A stretch of 64,000 nucleotides of DNA from a virus. A program made the position numbers and the translations under genes. This document shows, one piece after another, positions 1-8,467 of the stretch. The stretch is taken from IMG/VR virus record IMGVR_UViG_3300045988_130225, positions 1 through 64,000 of that record; one strand, written 5' to 3'. The notes under the pieces are model-generated. The model was not told the DNA's origin and did no database searches. It saw only the letters and a list, made by a program, of their open reading frames with translations. The first letter of the stretch is position 1, and each line of letters opens with the position of its first letter.

Positions 1-2
1 TG

Positions 3-68
3 GTAGAAGTCTACGAAAACCAAGTAGCAAAACATAAAATATTAAGAAAGGAAAAGCTACTTAGATGA
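3..68 (+). CDS. 3' end (22 codons, ...KHKILRKEKLLR*) of a CDS entering from upstream of the window; possibly the C-terminus of a second TnpB-like gene
   Basis: Frame 3 is open from the window edge to TGA at 66-68. The next 134 nt are homologous to the sequence at and after the 3' end of the tnpB at 60096-61289. Confidence 0.3.
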   Translation, partial: VEVYENQVAKHKILRKEKLLR

Positions 69-69
69 A

Positions 70-240
70 ATCTGTATCTAATCAAATATAAGAATTTACA
101 GATATGTACCGATGGCTAAGTCGGGAATTAACGACTGTGGAGTGTACAAGAACCTGTGAGTAGCGTATTACTTGTAATCGCCAAAGCATACACAATGAAG
201 CAGTAACTATAAATCGTGAGATTATAGCAAATCATCTAGC
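70..240 (+). ncRNA. TnpB right-end / omega-RNA-like scaffold, diverged copy 2
   Basis: Positions 70-203 align by eye with the minus strand of 59976-60108 (shared blocks ATCTGTATC, ATATGTAC, TGGAG, CAAGAAC-TGTGAGTAG, AAAGCATAC, TGAAGYAG). A hairpin CTATAA/TTATAG follows at 207-227. Confidence 0.45.
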
Positions 241-283
241 ATATGCACATTTGTATATGTTTTTAGTAGCAGATAACTAAACT

Positions 284-1294
284 ATGAAGAATGTAAGACA
301 GACAACTAACACAGGACTTTTAATTGGTACTCTTTCTGAAAAGAATACAGAGATTAAGCAGATTGAATTAACAAAAGACGATAACACCAAGTTTAAGTGC
401 AATGCTGTACAGGGAAATATTGTAGTTTCTACTGTAAACGGTGATTTTAATTTAAGAGTTAATTGTCCAGAGTGTAAGAAAGATGGTACAAAGACCAAGC
501 TGTATGCAAATTTTGAAACACTTCATAACAGCTATGTATCTGCTGTAGAAGCCGCAAAAGATAAATCACTTACACCAAGTATTATTGGTGCTACCGTAGG
601 ACTTAGCTGTTGGGATAGATATAACCAGAATAGTGGTAAAATGGTATCTTCACCACAGATTAGATTAAGAGTTGTAAATAGAGAAAATTCAGATGCAGAA
701 TCTCAGACAGATTTTTCACTTGAAGGTGTTATTCGTTCTATTAAACCAGAAACGACAATCCCTAAGAGCGATACAGAAGAAGCAGAAGAAACAGGTAGAT
801 TACTTGTAGAATTTATTACAATTAATTTTAACAGCGAAGCAGAGCCTTATAGTTTAATTGTTCCAGAAGATTTAGCAGAAGCATTTGTAAATGGTTGGAC
901 TGATGATGATGGAACAGTAGTAAACGGTTATGCTGTAGGCGATACTTGCTGTTTAGGTGTTGAACTTGTTATGCGTCATGTAGGTGGCGAAAAGAAGAAA
1001 TCTGCGGGATTTGGCAGAAAAGCAAAGGTAGCAGAGGGATTTGATGTATTAGAACTGGTTGTAATTGGTGGTGAGCCTGCTTATACAGATGATACCGAGG
1101 ACGAAAAGAAAAAGCCTTTCACACCAGAAGTAATGAAAGAACTTATGAATGAGCGTAAGATGAAACTTGAAAAGATTGAAAAGGACGCAAAAGAAAATAA
1201 AGACAGTGGTTCTTCTCAGAAATCAAGTGGCAAAGGTCTTGGTGGACGTAAGCCAAATGTGAACATGGCTGATATGGGTGACGCTCCTTTCTAA
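284..1294 (+). CDS. Early protein of unknown family with an SSB-like acidic C-terminal tip (...ADMGDAPF)
   Basis: 336-aa ORF. Its Gly/Ser/Lys-rich linker followed by D-A-P-F resembles the bacterial SSB tip DDDIPF. It lies next to recombination and replication genes. Confidence 0.55.
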   Translation: MKNVRQTTNTGLLIGTLSEKNTEIKQIELTKDDNTKFKCNAVQGNIVVSTVNGDFNLRVNCPECKKDGTKTKLYANFETLHNSYVSAVEAAKDKSLTPSIIGATVGLSCWDRYNQNSGKMVSSPQIRLRVVNRENSDAESQTDFSLEGVIRSIKPETTIPKSDTEEAEETGRLLVEFITINFNSEAEPYSLIVPEDLAEAFVNGWTDDDGTVVNGYAVGDTCCLGVELVMRHVGGEKKKSAGFGRKAKVAEGFDVLELVVIGGEPAYTDDTEDEKKKPFTPEVMKELMNERKMKLEKIEKDAKENKDSGSSQKSSGKGLGGRKPNVNMADMGDAPF

Positions 1295-1323
1295 AAATAA
1301 GTAGTTATGAGTTAGTATAAAGT

Positions 1324-1348
1324 GGTTACAAGCGGTTAGGATAGGTTA
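1324..1348. repeat. Three GGTTA half-sites phased exactly 10 bp apart
   Basis: GGTTA occurs at 1324, 1334 and 1344. All three sit inside the loop/5' arm of an 11-bp inverted repeat, TACAAGCGGTT (1327-1337) / AACCGCTTGTA (1378-1388). Confidence 0.5.
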
Positions 1349-1407
1349 GATGATAAATTGGTAATCTAAAAAATTCAAACCGCTTGTACTAATTTAAGAC
1401 GAGAATT

Positions 1408-1611
1408 ATGAATAAAAATGAAATGACAACAAACGAAGTAATAAAATTACTTCTTAATAAAGAGATAGAAATTGATAATAAAATTATAAATACTGTTTCA
1501 GAATTGTTGCGTTTAGGTTATGAATCAGATCGAGGGAAACAGTATGTAAAGGATTTGAGAGGTTCTATAGAGTATACATTGGAAGATATTGAAAGAATTT
1601 TAAACAAATAA
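1408..1611 (+). CDS. Hypothetical protein (67 aa)
   Basis: ORF in the co-directional early gene array. Confidence 0.65.
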   Translation: MNKNEMTTNEVIKLLLNKEIEIDNKIINTVSELLRLGYESDRGKQYVKDLRGSIEYTLEDIERILNK

Positions 1612-1639
1612 AATGATTTTATATGGAGGAATTTAAACA

Positions 1640-2674
1640 ATGGCAGACGAAAAGAAAAGAAACAACCCACTTTTAGACCTTGAAATTGAAGAAATGGTAG
1701 GAGGTTTAGCTGGTCAAAAAGCATTAGTTTATGGGTCAAATTCATTGGGGAAGAGCTACCAAGCAATGCATTGTGAAAGACCTTTACTTTTAATGACTGA
1801 GAGTGGTGGTAATGGTCTTAAAGGATATAAAATGCCTATCAACTCTTGGGTTGAGTTTGTAACCAATGTTGGTTATCTTACAGCACCACAGACTAGCGAA
1901 GCTATGCACAAGAAGTTTTTTACTATTGTTATTGATACTACAGAAAATCTTGTTGACCTTTGTGAACAGTCTGTATGCAAAGAGTTTGGCGTAAGAGATT
2001 TAAGTGAAATTGAAGGAAAATCTAATGGTTATAAGATTGCCAGACGTAAGTTTGCGGTTCAGATTAATAAACTTACATCACAAGGATATTTTATTATTTT
2101 CATTGCTCACGAAGAAGTTGACGAAAACCATGTTGATGAATTAACAGGTGAAACTACAACTTTTGTTCAGCCTAAAGGTTCTGGAAACGTTAAATCTTCT
2201 ATGCGTATGATTAGAGATATTTGTGATTTTACAATTTATCTTAAATCAAATGGTATCGACCCAGAAACAAATGAAACAATAATGTCTACTGGTATTTGTA
2301 AGCAGACTTCTCATGTATTCGCTAGAAGTAGATATGCTATGCAAGCATTTATTGACCCATTTACAGCAAAGAACATGTGTGATGCAATGGAAAAAGCTAT
2401 TAAGAAATCTGCTGAGAATGAAAATGTAGGTCTTACTACATTTAAACCTTATGAAAATGTAACAACTAAAGAGGAATGGTTAGCTTTAATTCAGCCATAT
2501 GTACAGAAACTTTGGAAAACTTATCCAGAGTATATTAATCAAGTTGTTGCTGACCAGTTAGGAAAGGGTAGGAAGATTAGTTCTGCTACAGATGATGAAC
2601 TTGCTTGTCTTGAAAGTATTTATAATAATTTTGTAGACTTCTGTTGTGATAGAGGAATTGTTGTAGAGGTGTAA
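1640..2674 (+). CDS. Sak4-like / AAA_24-type recombination ATPase
   Basis: Walker A-like YGSNSLGKS and Walker B-like TIVIDT. Size and position match phage Sak4-type proteins. Confidence 0.65.
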   Translation: MADEKKRNNPLLDLEIEEMVGGLAGQKALVYGSNSLGKSYQAMHCERPLLLMTESGGNGLKGYKMPINSWVEFVTNVGYLTAPQTSEAMHKKFFTIVIDTTENLVDLCEQSVCKEFGVRDLSEIEGKSNGYKIARRKFAVQINKLTSQGYFIIFIAHEEVDENHVDELTGETTTFVQPKGSGNVKSSMRMIRDICDFTIYLKSNGIDPETNETIMSTGICKQTSHVFARSRYAMQAFIDPFTAKNMCDAMEKAIKKSAENENVGLTTFKPYENVTTKEEWLALIQPYVQKLWKTYPEYINQVVADQLGKGRKISSATDDELACLESIYNNFVDFCCDRGIVVEV

Positions 2675-2675
2675 A

Positions 2676-2987
2676 ATGCCATTTCAATCTAAAAAGAAAT
2701 CCAGATACAAACAAGTAAAAATAAGTAGAGAAACTTTTATTAATCAGTATATAATGAGCATGAATACTGGGTTTAAATACATTGCTGTACTGATTAGGAA
2801 TGATGAAGAAATAAAGCCGGACATTCATATTATTATGAATGAAAACCAAGAAGAAAGATTCAAAAGCTATCTGGACGATTATGATAGCAACTTAAGAGAA
2901 AAGAGAAACAAAGCTAATCGGATTGTCGGTATTACGGCTTTTGATGAATTTAACGAAAATATCATTTCTCCGTCAATGTTAAGATAA
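2676..2987 (+). CDS. Hypothetical protein (103 aa)
   Basis: ORF preceded by the GAGGTG Shine-Dalgarno; starts 2 nt after the previous stop. Confidence 0.65.
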   Translation: MPFQSKKKSRYKQVKISRETFINQYIMSMNTGFKYIAVLIRNDEEIKPDIHIIMNENQEERFKSYLDDYDSNLREKRNKANRIVGITAFDEFNENIISPSMLR

Positions 2988-2998
2988 TAAAATTTATA

Positions 2999-3040
2999 AT
3001 GAAACTCTTTGCTTTAATCGGTAAAGAGTTTCATTTTTTG
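2999..3040 (+). terminator. Rho-independent terminator
   Basis: Stem ATGAAACTCTTT (2999-3010) / AAAGAGTTTCAT (3023-3034) followed by a TTTTTT run. Confidence 0.75.
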
Positions 3041-3042
3041 TA

Positions 3043-3071
3043 TTGACAAATCATATAATTTGTGATAGAAT
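3043..3071 (+). promoter_or_regulatory. Sigma-A-type promoter, extended -10
   Basis: TTGACA, 17-nt spacer, TAGAAT, with TGn directly upstream of the -10. Confidence 0.75.
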
Positions 3072-3096
3072 TTATATATATTGAAAGGGAAATAAT

Positions 3097-3747
3097 ATGG
3101 AAGAAAAAATTAAAAAAGGCGATACAAAAGTAAAATGTAGATACTGTAAAAATAGTATTTATAAGAGCAAAAGTTTTATAAGCCCAAATAAACCAAGAAT
3201 GTATTATTGTAATGAAGAGTGTTATAATAACGCAATAAAGGAATTATCGGCAAAAAAAACGAATAGTAATAATGCTGATAAGACAGCTACTTGCCGTTGT
3301 TGTGGTAAAAAGATACAAAAAGATAAAGCTTTTATGACAAAACAAGGTTACTATTATTGTTCGGAAAATGAATATAATAATAAATATGTTGGTAGCGAAG
3401 CATATTTTGAAGAAACATTTCTTGATTATATCTACTTTGATATGAGCAATAAACAATGTGATTTTCCTTTATTACAAAGGCAAGCACCATTGATACATGA
3501 TAAGTTTGGATATAAGTGGACTGGTATGATAATGACATTGAAATTCTTCCATGAAACTTTAAAACTAGATTGGAATAATGAATGGGGATTAGGACAAATT
3601 TTTCCAAAATATTATATACAAGCTAGAGATTTTTGGAATCAACAAAGAAAAATCAAAGAGATTACAGATGAAATTGAAGAAGATGAAACGATATTTATTG
3701 AACGAAAGAAAAAAGAAACAAATATTCCTAAATGGGAGGAATTGTAA
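3097..3747 (+). CDS. Zinc-ribbon repeat protein directly upstream of the helicase (possible helicase loader or replication organiser)
   Basis: Two CxxC...YYC(N/S)E(E/N) repeats (CRYCKNS...YYCNEECYN; CRCCGKK...YYCSENEYN). Its stop abuts the helicase start. Confidence 0.6.
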   Translation: MEEKIKKGDTKVKCRYCKNSIYKSKSFISPNKPRMYYCNEECYNNAIKELSAKKTNSNNADKTATCRCCGKKIQKDKAFMTKQGYYYCSENEYNNKYVGSEAYFEETFLDYIYFDMSNKQCDFPLLQRQAPLIHDKFGYKWTGMIMTLKFFHETLKLDWNNEWGLGQIFPKYYIQARDFWNQQRKIKEITDEIEEDETIFIERKKKETNIPKWEEL

Positions 3748-5253
3748 ATGTTATATTCAGCGTCAGACGCTTCAATGTGTTTAGGGGTATTATTACAAAA
3801 TCCCTCTTTAACAGTCAGTAAGAAATTTCCTATTAATTCAGATGATTTTAAGCCTATTTTATTCCATGAGATTTTATATAAATCTATATCATGGTTATTT
3901 AAAAATGGTGCAGAACAAATAGACGAAATTGTTTTGGATAAATTTTTACAGAATTATCCAGAACAGTTAGAGGTTTGTACAGATAACAATTATCTTGAAT
4001 TTATAGCAACTATTAAGAAATTAGTTAATATAGATAATTATGAACTGCATTATAATATTATTAGAAAATATAGTTTGCTTAGAAAAGCTAAAGAATTAGG
4101 TATTGACATTACAGAGTTTTATGACGAAACTAAACCAGAAGAAACAGAAGTAGAAAAGTTCAATCGTTTTTCTATGCAAGAAATTCTTAATAAGATTGAG
4201 GGTAAAATGACCACTCTTAGAATGGAATTTAATACAGAATTATGTAGAGAAACATTAAGAGCAGGCGAAAAATGGGAAGATACTTTAAACGGTTTTGAAA
4301 GTGAACCTGTTATTGGTGCTATACTTCAAAGTAAATATTTAACTACTTTATACAGAGGTTGGCAAAGAGGACATTTATTATTAAGGTCTGGTTCATCTGG
4401 ACAAGGAAAGACAACAACTTCCATTGGTGATTTATGTAATGTATGTGCTAATCGTTATTGGGATTTTGACGAAGAAAAATATGTAGATAATCCTTATAAA
4501 TCTGGTGATGGATTTATGATTAACACAGAAATGGATTTATCAACTGAGATTCAACCTAAGTTTATCTCTTGGATAAGTGGTGTTCCATATCATAAAATCC
4601 TTGACGGAAAATATAACAAATTTGAAAAAGAACGTTTGGTTGAAGCAGGAAAAATTCTTTATGAAAGTCATATTGAACTATTCGACCAACCAGATTTTAC
4701 AGCTACAAAATTAAAAGAAATATATCGTCAATGTCATTTATGGGGAGCGAGTTATTGCTTTTTCGATTACATTTGGGACAACTCAGAGTTTGGAACTGAA
4801 TATAAGCAAATGACAAGTATTCCAATTCGAGAAGATAAGGTTCTTTTCCAGATTGCAACTACGCTTAAAAGTTTATCTGAGGAATTTAATATAGGTACTT
4901 GTACTGGCACTCAGTTAAATGGTAATGAGCAAGTCAACGAACTTTTAGATGAAAGATGTATTTATGGTTCTAAACAAATTAAGACTAAACTAGATAACGG
5001 TGCTATATTATCTTTTCTTAGACCTAAAGAATTGGAACTTGTAGATACATTAATCAATCGGAAGGGGTTCGGAAGTAAAAAAAGACCTACTCATATTCTT
5101 CATAATTTTAAAACAAGATTTTCACGTTATGGGCAGAACATTAAAGCATGGGTTAATGTAGATATGGGAACTGGCAGAATAAGTGATTGTTTTTGCACAG
5201 ACCAATATAATCAGCCGATTAACGTGGATAAGACAGATATAAAACTAGGATAG
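3748..5253 (+). CDS. DnaB-like replicative DNA helicase
   Basis: 501 aa with Walker A GSSGQGKTT in the C-terminal RecA-like half and a DnaB-N-like N-terminus. Confidence 0.8.
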   Translation: MLYSASDASMCLGVLLQNPSLTVSKKFPINSDDFKPILFHEILYKSISWLFKNGAEQIDEIVLDKFLQNYPEQLEVCTDNNYLEFIATIKKLVNIDNYELHYNIIRKYSLLRKAKELGIDITEFYDETKPEETEVEKFNRFSMQEILNKIEGKMTTLRMEFNTELCRETLRAGEKWEDTLNGFESEPVIGAILQSKYLTTLYRGWQRGHLLLRSGSSGQGKTTTSIGDLCNVCANRYWDFDEEKYVDNPYKSGDGFMINTEMDLSTEIQPKFISWISGVPYHKILDGKYNKFEKERLVEAGKILYESHIELFDQPDFTATKLKEIYRQCHLWGASYCFFDYIWDNSEFGTEYKQMTSIPIREDKVLFQIATTLKSLSEEFNIGTCTGTQLNGNEQVNELLDERCIYGSKQIKTKLDNGAILSFLRPKELELVDTLINRKGFGSKKRPTHILHNFKTRFSRYGQNIKAWVNVDMGTGRISDCFCTDQYNQPINVDKTDIKLG

Positions 5254-5394
5254 GGGTTAGTAACATATGGTAACAGACGTTCTAAGACTTGTAGGCATAC
5301 AAGTAATCAAGTTAAATCTGAAAGCAGTCCGTAGTTGGGTATGCTTTTTAGAAAAATTATATAATAAGATTAAATAAACAAGGAGGAAACGCAA

Positions 5395-5907
5395 ATGGCA
5401 GTAACAGGAACTTTAAGGGAAATCACAGGAGAAATGATGCAGTTAATGATTATGCTTGAAGATGAGCCAGATTCAGATGTATTGAAAGATACATTAGAGG
5501 GCTTGTCTGGGGAATTAGATACCAAAGCAGAAAATTATGTGTACGTCATCAAAGAGTATGAGGGTCAGATTGAGAATATCAAGAAAGAGATTGATAGATT
5601 GACTGCAAGAAAGAAAACAGCAGAAAACGCTATCGAAAGACTTAAAAATGCATTATTATATGCTATGCAGACCACAAATACTAAAAAGTGCGGTGGTAAT
5701 TTGTATACTATCTCAGTAAGAAATAATGCACCACAGTTAGGACAATTAGACGAAAGCCGTATTCCAGAAAAGTATTTCAATGTAGTAACAGAAAAGAAAC
5801 TGGATAAAAAAACTTTGTTAGCTGATGTAAAGGTTGCAGAAAAAGAGGGAAAACATATTGATGGTGTTGACGGTTTAAGAATTAGTCAGTCACTTTCAAT
5901 TAAATAA
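5395..5907 (+). CDS. Siphovirus Gp157-like protein
   Basis: 170-aa coiled-coil protein that resembles the Gp157 family from memory. AGGAGG Shine-Dalgarno upstream. Confidence 0.45.
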   Translation: MAVTGTLREITGEMMQLMIMLEDEPDSDVLKDTLEGLSGELDTKAENYVYVIKEYEGQIENIKKEIDRLTARKKTAENAIERLKNALLYAMQTTNTKKCGGNLYTISVRNNAPQLGQLDESRIPEKYFNVVTEKKLDKKTLLADVKVAEKEGKHIDGVDGLRISQSLSIK

Positions 5908-5930
5908 TTTATATAAAGGAGAATAAAAAA

Positions 5931-6227
5931 ATGATTCATGTAATTGACGGTTTTTATATTTTAGTAAACGCTTATCAGTATATCGCACAGGAAGATAGTG
6001 GTGCAAAATTATCATCTAAAGGTAAAGAATACATCAAATGGAATGTACTTGGTTATTATTCTTCTATTGATAAAGCCGTAGAAAGAATTATCACAGAACT
6101 GATTAATAGAAGGATGAAAAAGAAAACTTATGAATTGGCTGATTATATTGCTGATTATAAAGCTGAAACGTTAAGATTAAAGAAACTGATTAAAAATTCA
6201 ATGAAAGAAGTAAGCAATGAAAAGTAA
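5931..6227 (+). CDS. Hypothetical protein (98 aa)
   Basis: ORF with an AAGGAG Shine-Dalgarno. Confidence 0.65.
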   Translation: MIHVIDGFYILVNAYQYIAQEDSGAKLSSKGKEYIKWNVLGYYSSIDKAVERIITELINRRMKKKTYELADYIADYKAETLRLKKLIKNSMKEVSNEK

Positions 6228-6245
6228 AGGTAAAGACGGTCAAAC

Positions 6246-7373
6246 ATGGGTATTGACGCAAAACGCTTAACTAAACAGTTAACTATAGATGATTATAGAA
6301 AAGTTGCTGTATCATTAGGTGCTACAGTGATTCACGAAAATGACAGAGAAATATTATTTACTTCTATATGCCATGAGAGAAATCCAGATGGTAAAAAGAA
6401 TAAACTTTATTTCTATAAAGATAAAAAGATATTTCTTTGTTATATATGTGACATTTCTTACTCTGTTTATAGTTTAGTTCAGAAAAGAAAAAAACTTCTG
6501 GGAGAGGAATATACTTTCCCAGAAGCATTACAATATGTTTGTGATGTTTGTAACATTCCATATGATGATATACAAAGGATTCATAAGAAAAGTACAAAAG
6601 TATATAATTGGGAAGATGATTTAAGTAGATATATTCGTATAAAAAACGGAGATTCACTCACACAAACTTATGATAAAGCTATCTTAGATTTTTTCCCAAA
6701 AATATATCACACTTCTTTTCTTAATGATGGTATAAGTATTCAGACTATGGAAATGTTTGGAATAAGATTTTATCCATATGCTCAACAAATAGTGATTCCT
6801 GTTTTTGATGAGAATGGAGAACTGGTTGGATTACATGGTAGAAATCTCAATCCAGAGTTAGTAGAAACGGGGTACAAGTATCTTCCAGTTAAACTTATAG
6901 AGAACAACGCAGAATATAGGTTTAACGCTTCTACTGTCTTGTACGGATTAAACTGGACAAAAGCAAATATAGAAAACACCAAAGAAGCTATTTTATTTGA
7001 AGCACCAAAGAGTGTAATGCAAATGGAAGATATATTAACAATCAATAATACTGTTGGTATGTTTGGAATGAATTTGCAAAACGCTAAAAGAAATAAACTT
7101 ATCCAATTAGGTGTTGAAAAAATTGGAATTGCTTTAGATAAACAATATCATACGGTATACGATGATAATGGTGAACTTACGGAAGAATACGTTAAATGGA
7201 AAGCAAAAGTAAATAAAATCATTGATAAGTTTAAAGGTTTTGTAAAAGAGATTTATGTTATCTATGACGATAATGATAAAGAACCTTTGTTAAGCTATAA
7301 AGATTCTCCTTCTGATAAAGGCAAGGAAGTATGGGAAAAGTTATATGAAAAAAGAGAAATTGTTGAACAGTAA
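6246..7373 (+). CDS. DNA primase (zinc finger + TOPRIM)
   Basis: N-terminal CH...CxxC zinc motif (CHERNPDG...LCYIC), then TOPRIM-like FEAPKS and acidic IALDKQ / YDDND motifs. Confidence 0.75.
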   Translation: MGIDAKRLTKQLTIDDYRKVAVSLGATVIHENDREILFTSICHERNPDGKKNKLYFYKDKKIFLCYICDISYSVYSLVQKRKKLLGEEYTFPEALQYVCDVCNIPYDDIQRIHKKSTKVYNWEDDLSRYIRIKNGDSLTQTYDKAILDFFPKIYHTSFLNDGISIQTMEMFGIRFYPYAQQIVIPVFDENGELVGLHGRNLNPELVETGYKYLPVKLIENNAEYRFNASTVLYGLNWTKANIENTKEAILFEAPKSVMQMEDILTINNTVGMFGMNLQNAKRNKLIQLGVEKIGIALDKQYHTVYDDNGELTEEYVKWKAKVNKIIDKFKGFVKEIYVIYDDNDKEPLLSYKDSPSDKGKEVWEKLYEKREIVEQ

Positions 7374-7518
7374 AAAAGAATCATATAATTGGTTAAGATT
7401 TTTTGGTGAATTAATATTGGTTATTTTAATTTCACCGATTTTAATTATATTAACTATTGTATTTGTTATTGTAGAATGGTTAATAAAATTATATGAAAAA
7501 TATTTCAAAAAGCATTGA
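7345..7518 (+). CDS. Possible small membrane protein (57 aa), below the ORF-track cutoff
   Basis: An ATG at 7345 overlaps the primase 3' end. The product has a hydrophobic core (LILVILISPILIILTIVFVIV). Confidence 0.3.
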   Translation: MKKEKLLNSKKESYNWLRFFGELILVILISPILIILTIVFVIVEWLIKLYEKYFKKH

Positions 7519-7543
7519 CATATCGTACAAAATATGTTATGAT
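7515..7543 (+). promoter_or_regulatory. Sigma-A-type promoter, extended -10
   Basis: TTGACA, 17-nt spacer, TATGAT with TGT upstream. Confidence 0.7.
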
Positions 7544-7581
7544 AAATCTATCAAATTAATAACGAAAGGAAAATATAAACA

Positions 7582-8406
7582 ATGGCAGAGAATACAACTG
7601 AATTAAAAGAAGTAGAGTTAGAACTTAACAAGGTGGTTTTAACAGGAACTATCACAGAGGATTTTACTTATCATCATTCTACTAAAGGGGCGAATATTTA
7701 CAAGAGTTTTATTTCTGTAAAAAGAGATAGCGGTACTGATGATGTACTTCCTATTCTAGCTTCTGAAAAAGTCCTTAAAGAAGCGTTTTCACTTACTGAG
7801 GAAAAATCCTATGGTTCACAGAATTATACAGTCTGCATTGAAGGAATCATGGCTTCTTATAATGAACATGTTGAGAACGGTAAGAGTAAGTTAATCTTAT
7901 TTGTTAAGCCAAATAACATCTTAATTGTTGCCGATAATACAAAACCAAGTAACAACATTGAACTTACTGGTTATGTTGTAAAGGATGTGACTGTAAGAAA
8001 AACACCTGGTCTTAAAGACGAAAAAGGTATTTGGGTTAAACAGGAAAGAACCATTGCTGACGTTATGTTAGGTGTTAATATCAATACAAATAAGCGTAGC
8101 GTATCTTATTACATTCCTTGTATCTTTTGGGGTAAAGCCGCTTCTGCTATTGGTAAATTAGGAATTGGTACACAGGTTAATATTCGTGGACGAGTTCAGA
8201 GTAGAAAGTACAATAAGCGATATGATAACGGTAATGTTGAAGAAAAGGTTGCTTATGAGGTTTCTGTAGCCGATGCAATGTTAGTTAGCAAAAACGGTGA
8301 AGTAAGCAATTTAGTAAAAGTTGAACCAAAGAAACCTGCAAAAGAAAAACGTAATAAAGTCACAGTAAAAACTAGACATAATCCAAATGGATTCAACTTA
8401 GATTAA
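7582..8406 (+). CDS. ssb: Single-stranded DNA-binding protein with tandem OB folds
   Basis: Two SSB-like OB segments (VVLTGTITED...; IELTGYVVKD...IFWGKAA...VNIRGRVQSRKY...YEV). Confidence 0.75.
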   Translation: MAENTTELKEVELELNKVVLTGTITEDFTYHHSTKGANIYKSFISVKRDSGTDDVLPILASEKVLKEAFSLTEEKSYGSQNYTVCIEGIMASYNEHVENGKSKLILFVKPNNILIVADNTKPSNNIELTGYVVKDVTVRKTPGLKDEKGIWVKQERTIADVMLGVNINTNKRSVSYYIPCIFWGKAASAIGKLGIGTQVNIRGRVQSRKYNKRYDNGNVEEKVAYEVSVADAMLVSKNGEVSNLVKVEPKKPAKEKRNKVTVKTRHNPNGFNLD

Positions 8407-8420
8407 TTCAGAAAAAAAGT

Positions 8421-8452
8421 AAAAGCACTCTTATATAAGGGTGCTTTTATTA
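8421..8452 (+). terminator. Rho-independent terminator
   Basis: Stem AAAGCAC (8422-8428) / GTGCTTT (8441-8447) followed by a T-rich tail. Confidence 0.6.
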
Positions 8453-8467
8453 GTATAAGGAGTATAT

